NCBI GenBank assembly: GCA_038496445.1
Contig: JALMLS010000376.1
Span: 434,001 to 498,000, forward strand
Direction of reading: 5' to 3'
Length of the DNA stretch: 64,000 nucleotides
Origin: Trichosphaerium sp. ATCC 40318
Lineage: Eukaryota; Protista; Tubulinea
Below are positions 13,530 to 24,695 of the stretch, one piece after another; position 1 is the first letter of the stretch; each line of letters opens with the position of its first letter. The notes beneath the pieces were generated by a model that saw only the letters and a program-made list of their open reading frames with translations, made no database searches and was not told the origin of the DNA. Position numbers and translations under genes: made by a program.

Positions 13530-14671
13530 ATGTCACGTGACGAAGAGACAATTCCTTTAAAACGATATGGGAGTGTTAAGAAGTATGCTGCTAATAAGGT
13601 AAGAGCCACAGGATGTACTGGGCGTAGTACATTGGTTTTTTGCGCTCTTGCCACGACTCTCGGACTAGCAGTGTACGGCCTTACGAACGTAATACGAAAT
13701 GGAAAGCAGCTAGACCTAATTGAAACAAATGGTACGCTCCATTGTTCTATACCAACGAATTGGCATATTTTAGCGACGGAGATGTAAATAGTGTGTTGTG
13801 GAGGTGGTAATCAAGTTTAGGTACTATGGAAGGGTTTGCGTTTGTAAATGATGCCGAAGGATTACTGTTCTCTTCAAAGGCGTTTTACTATATTGTATTG
13901 ATAGAGCTTGTGCTCATTGGCTTGGATACTTTGTTAGAAGTTATTCGTGTTAAAATATGTAAGCCACAGACCACAACCGTAAAATGTAAGTAAGCTGTCT
14001 GTTGACACTGTTTTTTTTCCTATGCTGATTTCGTTGTTAGGTGTTTACTTCTTTGCTCAACTTGTTAACGTTGTCACTGATCTTGTACCTCCGCTTATGG
14101 ATAATATTTCTTTGTTCTTCATTTTCGACTATGTTACAGATATTCTAACTATTGGGAAACCTTTTGATTACCCTTCTACAGCTGTTTATAAGTTTCTTGT
14201 CTTTGAAAACCTATTTTGTCTTACAGTCAGTATAATAGCATTTTCTAATTGGAAAGTTATCGTAAATGGTGAGGGTGAGGCTATTGACAGAGGATTGCTT
14301 CTTTTACAACTGCTATCAAGAAGGTACAAACTCAAAAAACATCTTGAGACTTCAAGTGTTTACAGTTTTTTTTTTCTTTCTCGTGAAGTTCTACCAAGCT
14401 TGGTCTTGAAGTGTTGTAAGATTTTCTTCTAATACTTTTTATAGGTATCGAGATTATGTAAAAAGAATATCAGAAGAAGAAGAGGATATGGAACCTTATG
14501 CGTACAAGACAAAAGTTGATGCAATTGGAAGAGCATATAAGGCTGGTAAACTTATTTTTAGAAAAGGTTCAGATATGGTTTAGAGATAATAACACTAACG
14601 CTACTCCTGATCAATACAAATCACTTAACGTAAGCAAAGCGAATGCAGATTACGCAAAAGAACTACAGTAG
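13530..14671 (+). CDS. Hypothetical multi-pass membrane protein
   Basis: Spliceable exons with several hydrophobic segments; no family recognised. Confidence 0.5.
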
Positions 14672-15099
14672 ATAGCCACTAACCAAATATGGAAGCCACA
14701 AACTTATTAATAAAATCAGTTTATTAACGAGCTTCAACACAAAAATCATGAGCACCGATACTCGTCCAAATATTTACGCTGTCAACAAAAATACGTTTTT
14801 TCTAAAGAGTTATTTTTTCATCGATTAACGCACAATTGAGGTATCAATGCAGTTTTTGTGAAAAAATACAACCGAAATTGCAATACGGTGAGTTTTCGTG
14901 TACAAAAACAAACTCACGTGATTGTAACATTTGCGGATACAGAGTAAAGATGGATTTATTTACCAAAGTGATTGCTATCTGTGCCTCCAAAGTGTAAATT
15001 TCTAAGACTATTATGACTTTGAGAGTCAATACTGGGATACAAGTTGTACAAAGCAACAGATTTTAGAGGTTTTTTTTTTAATTGGTACAAGTTTTAGTG

Positions 15100-15350
15100 T
15101 TATTTTTGTTGTGTGAGTGCGAACGAGTTCTCGTCATCACTATCTACAACAGTAGTATCATTTAATGAACCAGAGTTGTTTTTTAGTGGTGGAAGTGTCT
15201 CTAATTTAGATGGAGAGTCCCCCTAGAAAAAGATATGTTAGAACAAAGTTGGCATTGTTATGATTACATAGTACTTTTTTTTTTAAAACGTACGGACCTT
15301 GTTGCCTTCTTCTGTATCCAAGAATTTCTCTCCAAGTGAAGACATGATCT
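15100..15350 (-). CDS. Displaced 3' end of RdRP copy A (rest of penultimate exon plus last exon)
   Basis: Reads (IM)SSLGEKFLDTEEGNK, intron 15297-15223, then GDSPSKLETLPPLKNNSGSL...DSDDENSFALTQQK*. This is colinear with the copy B end MSLFRSKLELATRNNT|DFPRKLETSPPLRRSSGSF...SSDENDSFSLSQP, with the same intron position and phase. Confidence 0.85.
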
Positions 15351-18300
15351 GCTAAATTTGTAAATGTCGAATACTTGACCAAAAATGTCAAGTTTTTGGA
15401 GATGGGTGTACTGAGCGCCATTAGTACCTCTTGTAATAAAAATTTATTTTTAATGTACGTACAGGTATACAAGTAGTCCTAAACCGAGGTAAAAAATACA
15501 AATTGAAAGTCTTTAACAAATTTTATTTAACAACAAAGGAAAAGTATTTTATTTGACATTTTTTTTTTGGGCTACTCTGTGTAGTTCTTACGTGTTGTTC
15601 TCTTTTTTGAGGCCACCTGTAAGCGTTTATTGTATTGGCTGACTGTTTTGAGCTCTAAACTTGGAATTTTAGCCCCAACTTTTTGCCGTTTCACAACTTG
15701 TGTCTGTTGTTCCATCCGACGCTTTTTTACACGTATTGTGGTTTTCTTTGCTTTGCCCTTTTTTGGTTGCTTTTTTTCAGTAGCCTTGCTTTTTTTTTCT
15801 GCTGCTTTTTTTTTTCTTTGCCTTAGCCTATGTAGGATTTAGTATTAAATATGGATTGAGCATTCATACTATCTTTCGATCTATGATTTTATGAGCAACA
15901 GCAATAATTTTAGCTGAGTTTATTTTTCCTACAAAAAAGCTTAACGTTGTTTACATATTTACTTACTTCTTAGCAATGACACCCAATTGGACACCCTTTT
16001 GGCGCTTTGTAGCACTTTTGAGTGTTCCCACACCTCCAACACCTTTCAGTAAGCGTTTGGCATTGTCTGCAGAGGTTTCACAGTACGCTACTAAAGCATC
16101 AACTACTCTATTTGATGTTCCCTTTTTAGCTCTAGCTAACTTCAATGCATCTTGAACAACACGATTGTTTCCTTCACTGGTGTTGTTAGTACGATGTGAG
16201 TTAGCTTCGACATCATTCATATATGTATATGGCGCCCAAGTACAAGGTGGCCACCTAAATAAAACAACATTAGAACAAATAAATTGATTATCAATATGGA
16301 CCATTTGTTTTGTGGTGCAGGAGTTATATAATGCTTCTTTAAGTAGTTCAAATGGGTTTTAACGTTTTTTCCAAGGTACGTACCATCCTATACACGCTTA
16401 GTCAATGTTCAAAAACGTACTGGTACCTCATAGCACTCTGCCCATGTTTCTTCAAATTCTTCTTTGGTGGTTGCACTGAATAATTTATCAGCAACACGCT
16501 CACACCATGCATACTCCCCTTCATTGGCCTCCCCACCCATACCATGCTTCAAGCGCTTTTTTCGGAATGCATCTGCTACATGAAAGCGACAGTGGTGCAT
16601 TTTAAAATCCTCTGGCCATACTTCTTTAGCTGCTAAAATTCAACATCAGAAAAAAAAATGTGAAAAAGAGAAAAAACAATACCTTTTCGAATGTTGAGCT
16701 CACAATCAGCCATAATACGCTCAAAAAAGAACCCATATGTGTCTCGAAGGTGCCTAAACGCGAAAATATATTCTTGTAAAGTTTTACCCTCTGTAAGCGC
16801 CCATCCAAGGTTCATACCCATTGTACTTGTTTCTGACTCTGCCCTGATCCAGTAGAGCATGGCCTGACAAAATAAGTGAACAGAGGGAAGTAAATAACGG
16901 ACAAAATGCTTACATGTGCGCCTGTGTCCGATACTTTGTGTATGGAATCCATGTATAGTGTTTTGGTGTTGGCTTGTTTGAACAGCGAACCAACTTCCAA
17001 ATTTATATAAGAAAAAACAACATGCTCAGCAATAAGTATTTGGATAGTTTTGGGGTATTTAAGATGAATGTGGGTAAACAACTGTGCCTTGTAAGGAATA
17101 AATAATTAAGCTTGAGTACCTCTGGATGTAATCTGTCCATATTATGCGCTTTACGCACTTGTGACGCCATAGCATAGCCACCAGGTACTTCTGAAGTGTT
17201 TACATTATTTTTTGTGGGATCTTTTAAAAAAGATTGCAGCTGAGTGATTGTTAGTGTTATGTACTGCACATACTATGCTCACAATAGTAGTTGTTCGGAT
17301 ACCCAGTTCAATATCTTTTTGTATTTTCTTTCCTGCCGCATAACTTAATTTTAACTTGAACTCTGGGGTGGGTTGACACGCTTCATTGTGTTCTAAAAAG
17401 AAATAAGGTGGTTTTTTCATTTGAATGAGTTTATGCACCTGTAGTTTGCGACAGTTTGATCATTTTACCATCTCTAAGGTTTTCCTGATGCAATATTACG
17501 CGGGCTTTACATATCTTACGGTTAGGGCATTTAAAGTAATGAGCCCACACTGAATTCTTCTTGATGAGTGCTCCATTGTTGTCCGTATGCCATTGGTAGG
17601 CAAAATCTTTCTTTGTATTGGTGTAAAGTACCAAACGGTCACCATGGATCCACACTCCAAGTGTTTTGAACATTTCAGGCGTTACATCAGCCGCAACATT
17701 GTATTCTGGAGGAGTACCTTCCTCCATTATGTGTTTTAATGAGAGCAACAAATGGTTTTTAAGTTTTTGCTCCTATTTTAGCAAGTACTTAATGTTAATA
17801 CCTCATACCGTTGTTGATACGTTTAATAGGTCTGGTGAAAGCGCTGATAGAGTCTTAGCACGTTTCCTTTTTAAGACTCCTTGTAATTATATCAACAATC
17901 TTGTTTGACTGTCAAAAAAATATTCAAAGTCTCTATTGGACATATCTACGCGTGGAAAATGCTATCCTTGTGGTTTGAAGTGGTTTCATTCTTCATGTTT
18001 CTTTGAAGCTTCAACCTTTTTAAAACAGCGGCAAACAACTAATAATGGTTTAAAATGACCTGTTAATGTGCAAAAGAGAGGTTAGGTAACAGCATCAGGT
18101 CTTTACATCGACATTTTACCAACTATTGTAAAATATGTATATTTAGCTTTTCTACGCGTCTGTGACGCCTATGTATCTATTTTGAGGGTGTTTGACACTT
18201 CATTGTTCTTTGAAGCCCCAAACCTCTTCAAAATTACTGGTTCTCTTCAGATTGTTGTTTATTTAACGTGTAAATGCACTGTATTATGTATAACTGAGTC

Positions 18301-18490
18301 ACTGTTAACAAGATACGTTATTTCAGAAAACAGGTCTTATTTTCGGAAGAAGTGGGCCAATCACGTGATATTATTCACAGTCACATGGTCTGACTAGTCA
18401 ATAAACCAAAAACAACACTACAGTCTACAGCAAAACAATTCACCAAAACTCGACATTTTTTGTCAAATATTCGACATTTAACATTCAAAC
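15351..18490 (-). mobile_element. Mutator-like (MULE) DNA transposon, 3,140 bp
   Basis: TIRs at 15351-15396 and 18445-18490 (33/36 identical over TIR positions 11-46), flanked by an exact 8-bp direct repeat CATGATCT (15343-15350 and 18491-18498); contains a MULE transposase gene. Confidence 0.9.
15572..17780 (-). CDS. MULE-family DDE transposase (intron-rich; both ends uncertain)
   Basis: Zn-finger-like YFKCPNRKICKARV...EHN, then LYMDSIHKV (D), IMADCELNIRK (D), HCRFH (CxxH), TWAP, RTNNTSEGNNR (E). A Lys-rich segment follows whose splicing onto the core is unresolved. Confidence 0.85.
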
Positions 18491-21400
18491 CATGATCTTC
18501 ATACATTGTTGAAACCTCTCATATTCTTTTGTTGTCATTTGTACATTAACCATACCATTATCAAGTTTTTGAACATGAGGACAAGACCTCGATTGAGAAG
18601 CAGATAGTTTTGCAAATGGGTCTTGTTCAAGTTTTTGCTTTTTCTGTTCCTTCCCATCTTGCTCTTCTGATTTCCTTTTCTTGCCTGTTGCATTTTTTGA
18701 AGAAGGAGGAGTTATGGCTTTATCAACACGTTCTCTGACAACCTTGATGAGATCTGGTATTGTCTTTTGTTTGACTTCAACAAGCTCTGAATGAAATATC
18801 TGCCATAGTGCTTCAAGTATTGATATACCATGTGACACAGTACTATGCTTATTTATATTTTTGTGTACATGATGATAAGCCACTAATGCAGCTTGCAGAT
18901 AATCAATGTCAGGTTGTACTCTTTTAATATCTTGTCTCATTTTTTTTCTGCTCTCATCTAAGAGTTGCTTCTTCCTTACTTCTATGATATTCATTTTCTC
19001 ACCTTCATGTACTACGGAATTACGTAGTATGTCTTTGTAACCACCTGAACTCTTGATTGTATTTATAGCGTACATAAAGTTTTTGAGGTTAGCATGAAGT
19101 ATGTTGTCCCATAATCTATTCTTTGGATCAGCTAATGCCATGTCAAACGGGTTTTCTCCACTTGAAGTATCAGGATTATCAATGATTTTATTATATTCAT
19201 CTATGGCCTTTATTGTATCATCATGTAACTCGCCAAGGACCTATTAATAGACACCACAGTTAGAGAAAAAAACCCCAAACGATTGTTTGGTTTGGTGTAC
19301 ACTTGTTGACTTGTAAAAGTTCTTTGTATCTGGTTTTGCCAAGTAATGGGGTACCACTACACGCTCGGAAGGTATTGGTATTGATACACCATGTTTAAAA
19401 GATGATATGGATTGCCTAACGTTTGATAAGTAACAAGAAAAATCAAGGTTGTAGCTTACGATGCCAAATTCCCATAATGTTCTGCTTTTTTCAACTCTCC
19501 TTTATCAAGAGCCGCTATTATTTGTGTTATTTATTGTTTGAATTTGAAATTAAATCATGTTTGCATACAAAGAGCGTAGTTTGTTAAGATGCCTGTCGTT
19601 GAATTGTACATGAGAAAATACTAAGAAAAAAAAAAATGAGATCAAGTTTCTATTAAATAAAAAGCGATCGTTTTTACCTCGCACATGAGTCTGTATTTAT
19701 CTTTTGATAAGTTTTCTCGTTCAATCTCCGAGTTACGTAGCATCTCTTCCCCTGTATAGTCTACCTTATATGAAGAAGAATAGTGAAATGTCTTAGGAAC
19801 TGATATTGTAAAAGTGTTAGTGTATTTTATTGCAATGTATTGTGTTCGTACTGTCACGCAAAGGAACTTGTTCAAAAGATGAGATGATCTGAGGATCCCA
19901 ACACACAAAGTACCTGTCACCATCCAAATCACCTTTCTCCATGTCTATTTGTATTGATATTGTTAGTATTACTGAACATGAGATTATACCATATAAGTGG
20001 CGTACAGTAAAAGAGTGGTACTCCATCTGTTGTTTGTTGAGAGAAAATCACAACATTCTTGAGATGACACATTTCTTTTGGACGACGAACTGTAAAGTAT
20101 CGAAGTGAAAATGCTTGATACAAAGGTTGTCTGGACACCAATACTTTGGTACCTTCCTGATTGATTGTTTAGATTCTTTTCAGGTTGTAAGAGAGTTGTT
20201 GTTGGTACCGGTATATTTCTTGAAGTATTGATACAGATCTCATCTTCTTTTAAAACATTGTACTCATCGATACATCCATACAAAGAGCAACAGTATGAGT
20301 TCTAAAAGTTTACATGTTAATGGTAATGAAATGAAGTTCATCTTGTTACCTTTAACTTTGTTTTTTTGGTGAGTTGATCAAGTTCTTTCTTGACACTCGT
20401 TCTCAAGAAATTCTTGATGATTGGTTCATTGATGTCGATACCTTGAAAGTTTAACCACATCATATCTCTCAGCCGTGGATTATGTTTTGACCGCGTGAGA
20501 TATTCTAAATCATTGGTATTAGTGTTTGACTCATAAACACCTGAAATCGTATTCGTACCTTGTGCATCCTCAGAACTTTTTAATACTCGACTGAGCCTAT
20601 CGAACCTCTCTTGTTGCATTTTTCGAAACACTTCACCACCTGTTTCACAGCTTTAGTGATCGCGTGTATGTCGAGTCATCGTACTAACTCCTCTCTGAGT
20701 ACAAAGAAGTATGAACACTCGAGATAATGTAGATGAAGAGTAGTCGGCATATCCAAGAATTGTGATGAAATTAGTATTGAGAGATACTTTAATCATTTCT
20801 CTACGAAATGCTATTGATTCTCCTTCAAGATCCACGTTTGTCACGAGAATACCTTTGCATCCTCGATACCGGATCTATAACATGCGTCAGCTTGTAAGTA
20901 ACCTAGCAAAGTGCGAGAAAAAGTTTCACGAAGCAAAATATGTGCCTGGAATAAACAAGGTGCTTTGCCATTGTTCTTGGGATCAATCATGAACTCTTTG
21001 ATCAGGTAATTGTTCTCCGATTCAGAGTTGCATGTAAGTTTTTCATAAGTGTTTTTGTCAATCAGATCAAGTTCAAACCAATACCTACACGCCAATTGTA
21101 GCTGTTGAGAAATGGAGTTAATATCAAAGTACAATCAAAAGACGTACAGAGAGTTGACCACAACCATCAGTCAAACAGAATGTATTGCCACTTGAACTTG
21201 TTGCAACAATTTCAGGTATCACCTATTTGATTGAGTTTTAACAAACAGCAACCCACGGATTGAGAGTACGTACTTTGATATCTTTGAAGTTACAAGCTTT
21301 GTGTATGATACTTCCAGATGAGAAACTGAGTGATATCCTTGAAGCTGTTTTGGATGTCTGAGATATTGACCGAAAATTACCAATCCTCTAAACCAATATT

Positions 21401-22747
21401 AACAAAAAGAAAGGTATTGATCATACCCTCAGTACGTCCAATGAATGAAATGGTTTAGATGATTCCCTAGATTCAAAAAAATGTGCTTTTTTTTTCGACT
21501 AACGGGAACAAAATTAGAACTCAACAAAGATATCACGTGATTGTCAATTTTGTCTCGGATACTTGAAATACGCACGTGCAAGTCTTGATTTGCATTTAAA
21601 TATCTGAATAATCCAATTGGCGTTTTATCTTGCTTGGATGCAAACAAAAGAACACCAAATAGAAGACTACGTTGCATGATACGTTCTGCACGTGTTTTTT
21701 CTGCTGTAGTCATAAATCGTTTATCAGTTGTGATGAGTTTATTGAAAGATATTTGAAGAAGTCTATCAAGTGCTTTGTGTTGATTTAAAAACTGAACCAT
21801 TCCACAAGACTTTTTAATCACATCCTAGATTGTGGAACGCAACAATTAGCAAAATGCATCCCATTAAGGAGTTTGTCTTACCTCAACTTCTCCTCTGACA
21901 TATTCCGATTCCTTCTCAGGCAGTGTCAATTGCACATCAGGTAGTTTGACAATATTATCAGAACCAAGTTGTGTCCTTGTAAGCGTTGAAATGAGGTACA
22001 CCTTTTGAGGGCCATTGACGTTGTCCTCTTCGAGATCTTCATAAAACTTCATCACCTCATAAACACGTGTACATGAATGAATATGAGCATCCTTGTACCT
22101 ACTATTATTACATTTCCTACAAAGAAGAAATCAATCCAAAAATCTCGAGTTTTCTTATTGTACCATCTGTACTGATAAAAATAGATGTTCGTCAAATACA
22201 CGTTCCTCTTACCACCCTTAACTAATTTTTTACCATGTTCAACATCCTTTTTACCTTCACGGTTTGGATGAAGCCATAAAATTAAGTTTCTTCTCGTTTC
22301 TTGACCATGTTTTTTTTGAGAAATCCAACCAATAGGTACCATGTTTATTTTGTTGCCACGCTGTTCAATAAGAAAAAATAAAGTTAGAATACGCTGTAAC
22401 TAGTACGTTTATGTACTAGTTTTCATTCAGACACGTACTACACCGTCTACAATAGCCATAAGCTTTTCAAAACTTAAGCAAGGTTCAAACAAAACAGAAA
22501 TGGAGTAAGATGTCTTCTTATGCTTTGGTTCTGGTTCAATATCGCATAGATGCTTAAAATCTGGCGTAGCTGGGCGAAGTTTGCCAATGCCCAAGTCTGA
22601 GCTAGAAGTTAGTCTAGGTCGCTTGCACGGAGACGGGCTCTCGGCCCTAAAACGCGTGTTAAAAACCAGCTGTCAGAGATTTTTTTTATTGTACTCGTCA
22701 TCACTTATGACAATCGCTTCTTCTTCTTGCCTTGGTCGCTTAGACAT
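18491..22747 (-). CDS. Eukaryotic RNA-dependent RNA polymerase (RDR/QDE-1 family), copy A, interrupted near its 3' end by the MULE
   Basis: TDGCGQLS, PCLFQ|IRYRGCKG, LLYGCIDEYNVLKEDEI, HLKNVVIFS, GDLDGDRYFVCWDP, YKSTS|VLGEL. If unspliced, the frame stops inside the TIR (V* at 18485). Confidence 0.9.
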
Positions 22748-23231
22748 TGCCTGGAGAGGTCGGTTTAGCGTTTATTTGAGAACTTGGTTAAAAAGTGACA
22801 CCAAGCGCGCGTGGTTACCTGTGAAGTACCGCTAGTCGTTTTTGCGTGATATAAACACCAAAAGACGGCTTCAGAAAAATCAGAATTGTTGACAGTTGCG
22901 ACAATAAAATAGCACACGCAGTAGAAAATGAGGAGCTAACGGCTATTTAATAAAAATCTGTTTGTTTCCGCACTATAATACGTACCTGGGTGTTTTTTAA
23001 TACAATTATTGGCTATGGAGTCCACGCGAGCGACGGTTGGCGATTAAACGACCGTACGAGAATAAGTCACACATAAGCATGTTCCCACTTCCAACTTACC
23101 GAAATAGTACGTGACGCGCGTCACATGTTATTACAAGAAGAGAAATACTTTGAAACTACAAAGCACTGAATCTGTGAGGATACTAAGCTCATTTTTTAAT
23201 ATTACGTGTACAGTACACCACAAAGCGATAC

Positions 23232-24209
23232 ATGATGCATAGAGTCGCAGTACGATATGTTGGGATGTTTATTCAACCATTTCGCCTTGCAGGGCAAAAA
23301 TATGACCTGATGCTCAAAGCTCAACCTATACTAACAAAATGTACGCAAATGACAAGTGGGAACGAACACTAGTTTCTTTTTTTGTTCCCAGGAGTTGTAA
23401 ACACTATTATTCGCTTTTTCTACGCGTAGGTACTCGCAAACTAACATTTTTGCAGCAATCACAGCTTCGTGTATTTTTTTCATTTCAGACCTTACTGTGC
23501 AAAAGATACTAGAGCGCAAAGAGACTCTAGATGTAAAACGGTAAGACGTTAGCTTTTTTGTAAACCTCAACGAACTAACAAAACCAAAGAACAGCAGTTA
23601 TGAGTGCTTATGGCGCTTTCTGGGTTGCTCCAATGGGTACGGTACTGTTTTTAAGGAAAATAATTTTTTTCACTGACACTTTTTTACAAAAGCTCACACA
23701 TGGTACGTCTAATAGCATTCTGAGTGACATCAAATCGGCGGAAACGCTCAACAAAATGCGCAAATTAATTTGCCCGCAATGTTTAAATGTGTTAGGATGC
23801 AATATCTTGAAAGGAAGCTTCCTCTGGCAGCTCTCACTGGTGTCAGGCGTTATGGTATGCTTGGACTCAAATTAGCCATAGACCAATCTATTATGGCTCC
23901 AATTTTTATTTCATTCTTTCTTGTGATGAGATGTGGACTTGCTGGAAAGTCTTTGCAAGAGACTGGTGGGTTTCTTAAGGATAATTTTTTTGAAGCATAT
24001 TTTAATGCATTGAAAGTGTGGTAAGCAACGAAGGGTTCTTGTTTGTTTTCCAATTACTTTTTCTGATTTTTTTTTCTTTTTCTTTTAGGCCTGCTGTTCA
24101 GTTTATTAATTTTGCGTTTGTACCATTACGTTATCGTGTTTTGGTACTTAATATAACATCATTTGGTTGGGGATTATACCTTGCATGGTTTGCTTCTTCC
24201 AGAGAATAA
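23232..24209 (+). CDS. Mpv17/PMP22 family membrane protein
   Basis: YDLMLKAQPILTK, ISDLTVQ, KLAIDQSIMAP, VW|PAVQFINFAFVPLRYRVL, WGLYLAW. Confidence 0.9.
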
Positions 24210-24695
24210 TGTACAATAGTTCAAAAGAAAGTTGAGTAGTTCAACAACTTTACAAAAAAATAAAAGTTGTAACGAAAGTTTACAATATTTTGTTAGAATT
24301 AGAGGCTTTTTATTGTCACTGTTGTTTTTTGTTCATGTAGATATAACTTGCGATCGTTCGAATGGCGACTATATTCAGAAATTGCGTAGACAAGTTTTAA
24401 GGACATTGACACTTTTTATCACGTGACTTAATCTCACAATGTGTTCACTCTCTAACCGTTAGTTGTGGTCACTAAAATTTGGCTAGAGACAAGGGTACGC
24501 GGTATTTGGAGGAGAATACACTTTTTATTAAAAAACCGTTTACTCCTCAACGTAATTTGAGGATGATATTTTAATTGCGTGACAAGCTTATTTGTTAACA
24601 ACTTTACTCTTTTTTGGAGTTTGATGTCCTTTTGCGGTTAACTGCTCACTCGAAACAGCTTTGCTAAATAACCGCTACACTGACCTCTCCAGGCA

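Noticed and set aside
15206-15472. 88-aa minus-strand ORF as an independent small gene
   Set aside because: It crosses the left TIR/TSD and is out of frame with the displaced RdRP-A exon that explains the region.
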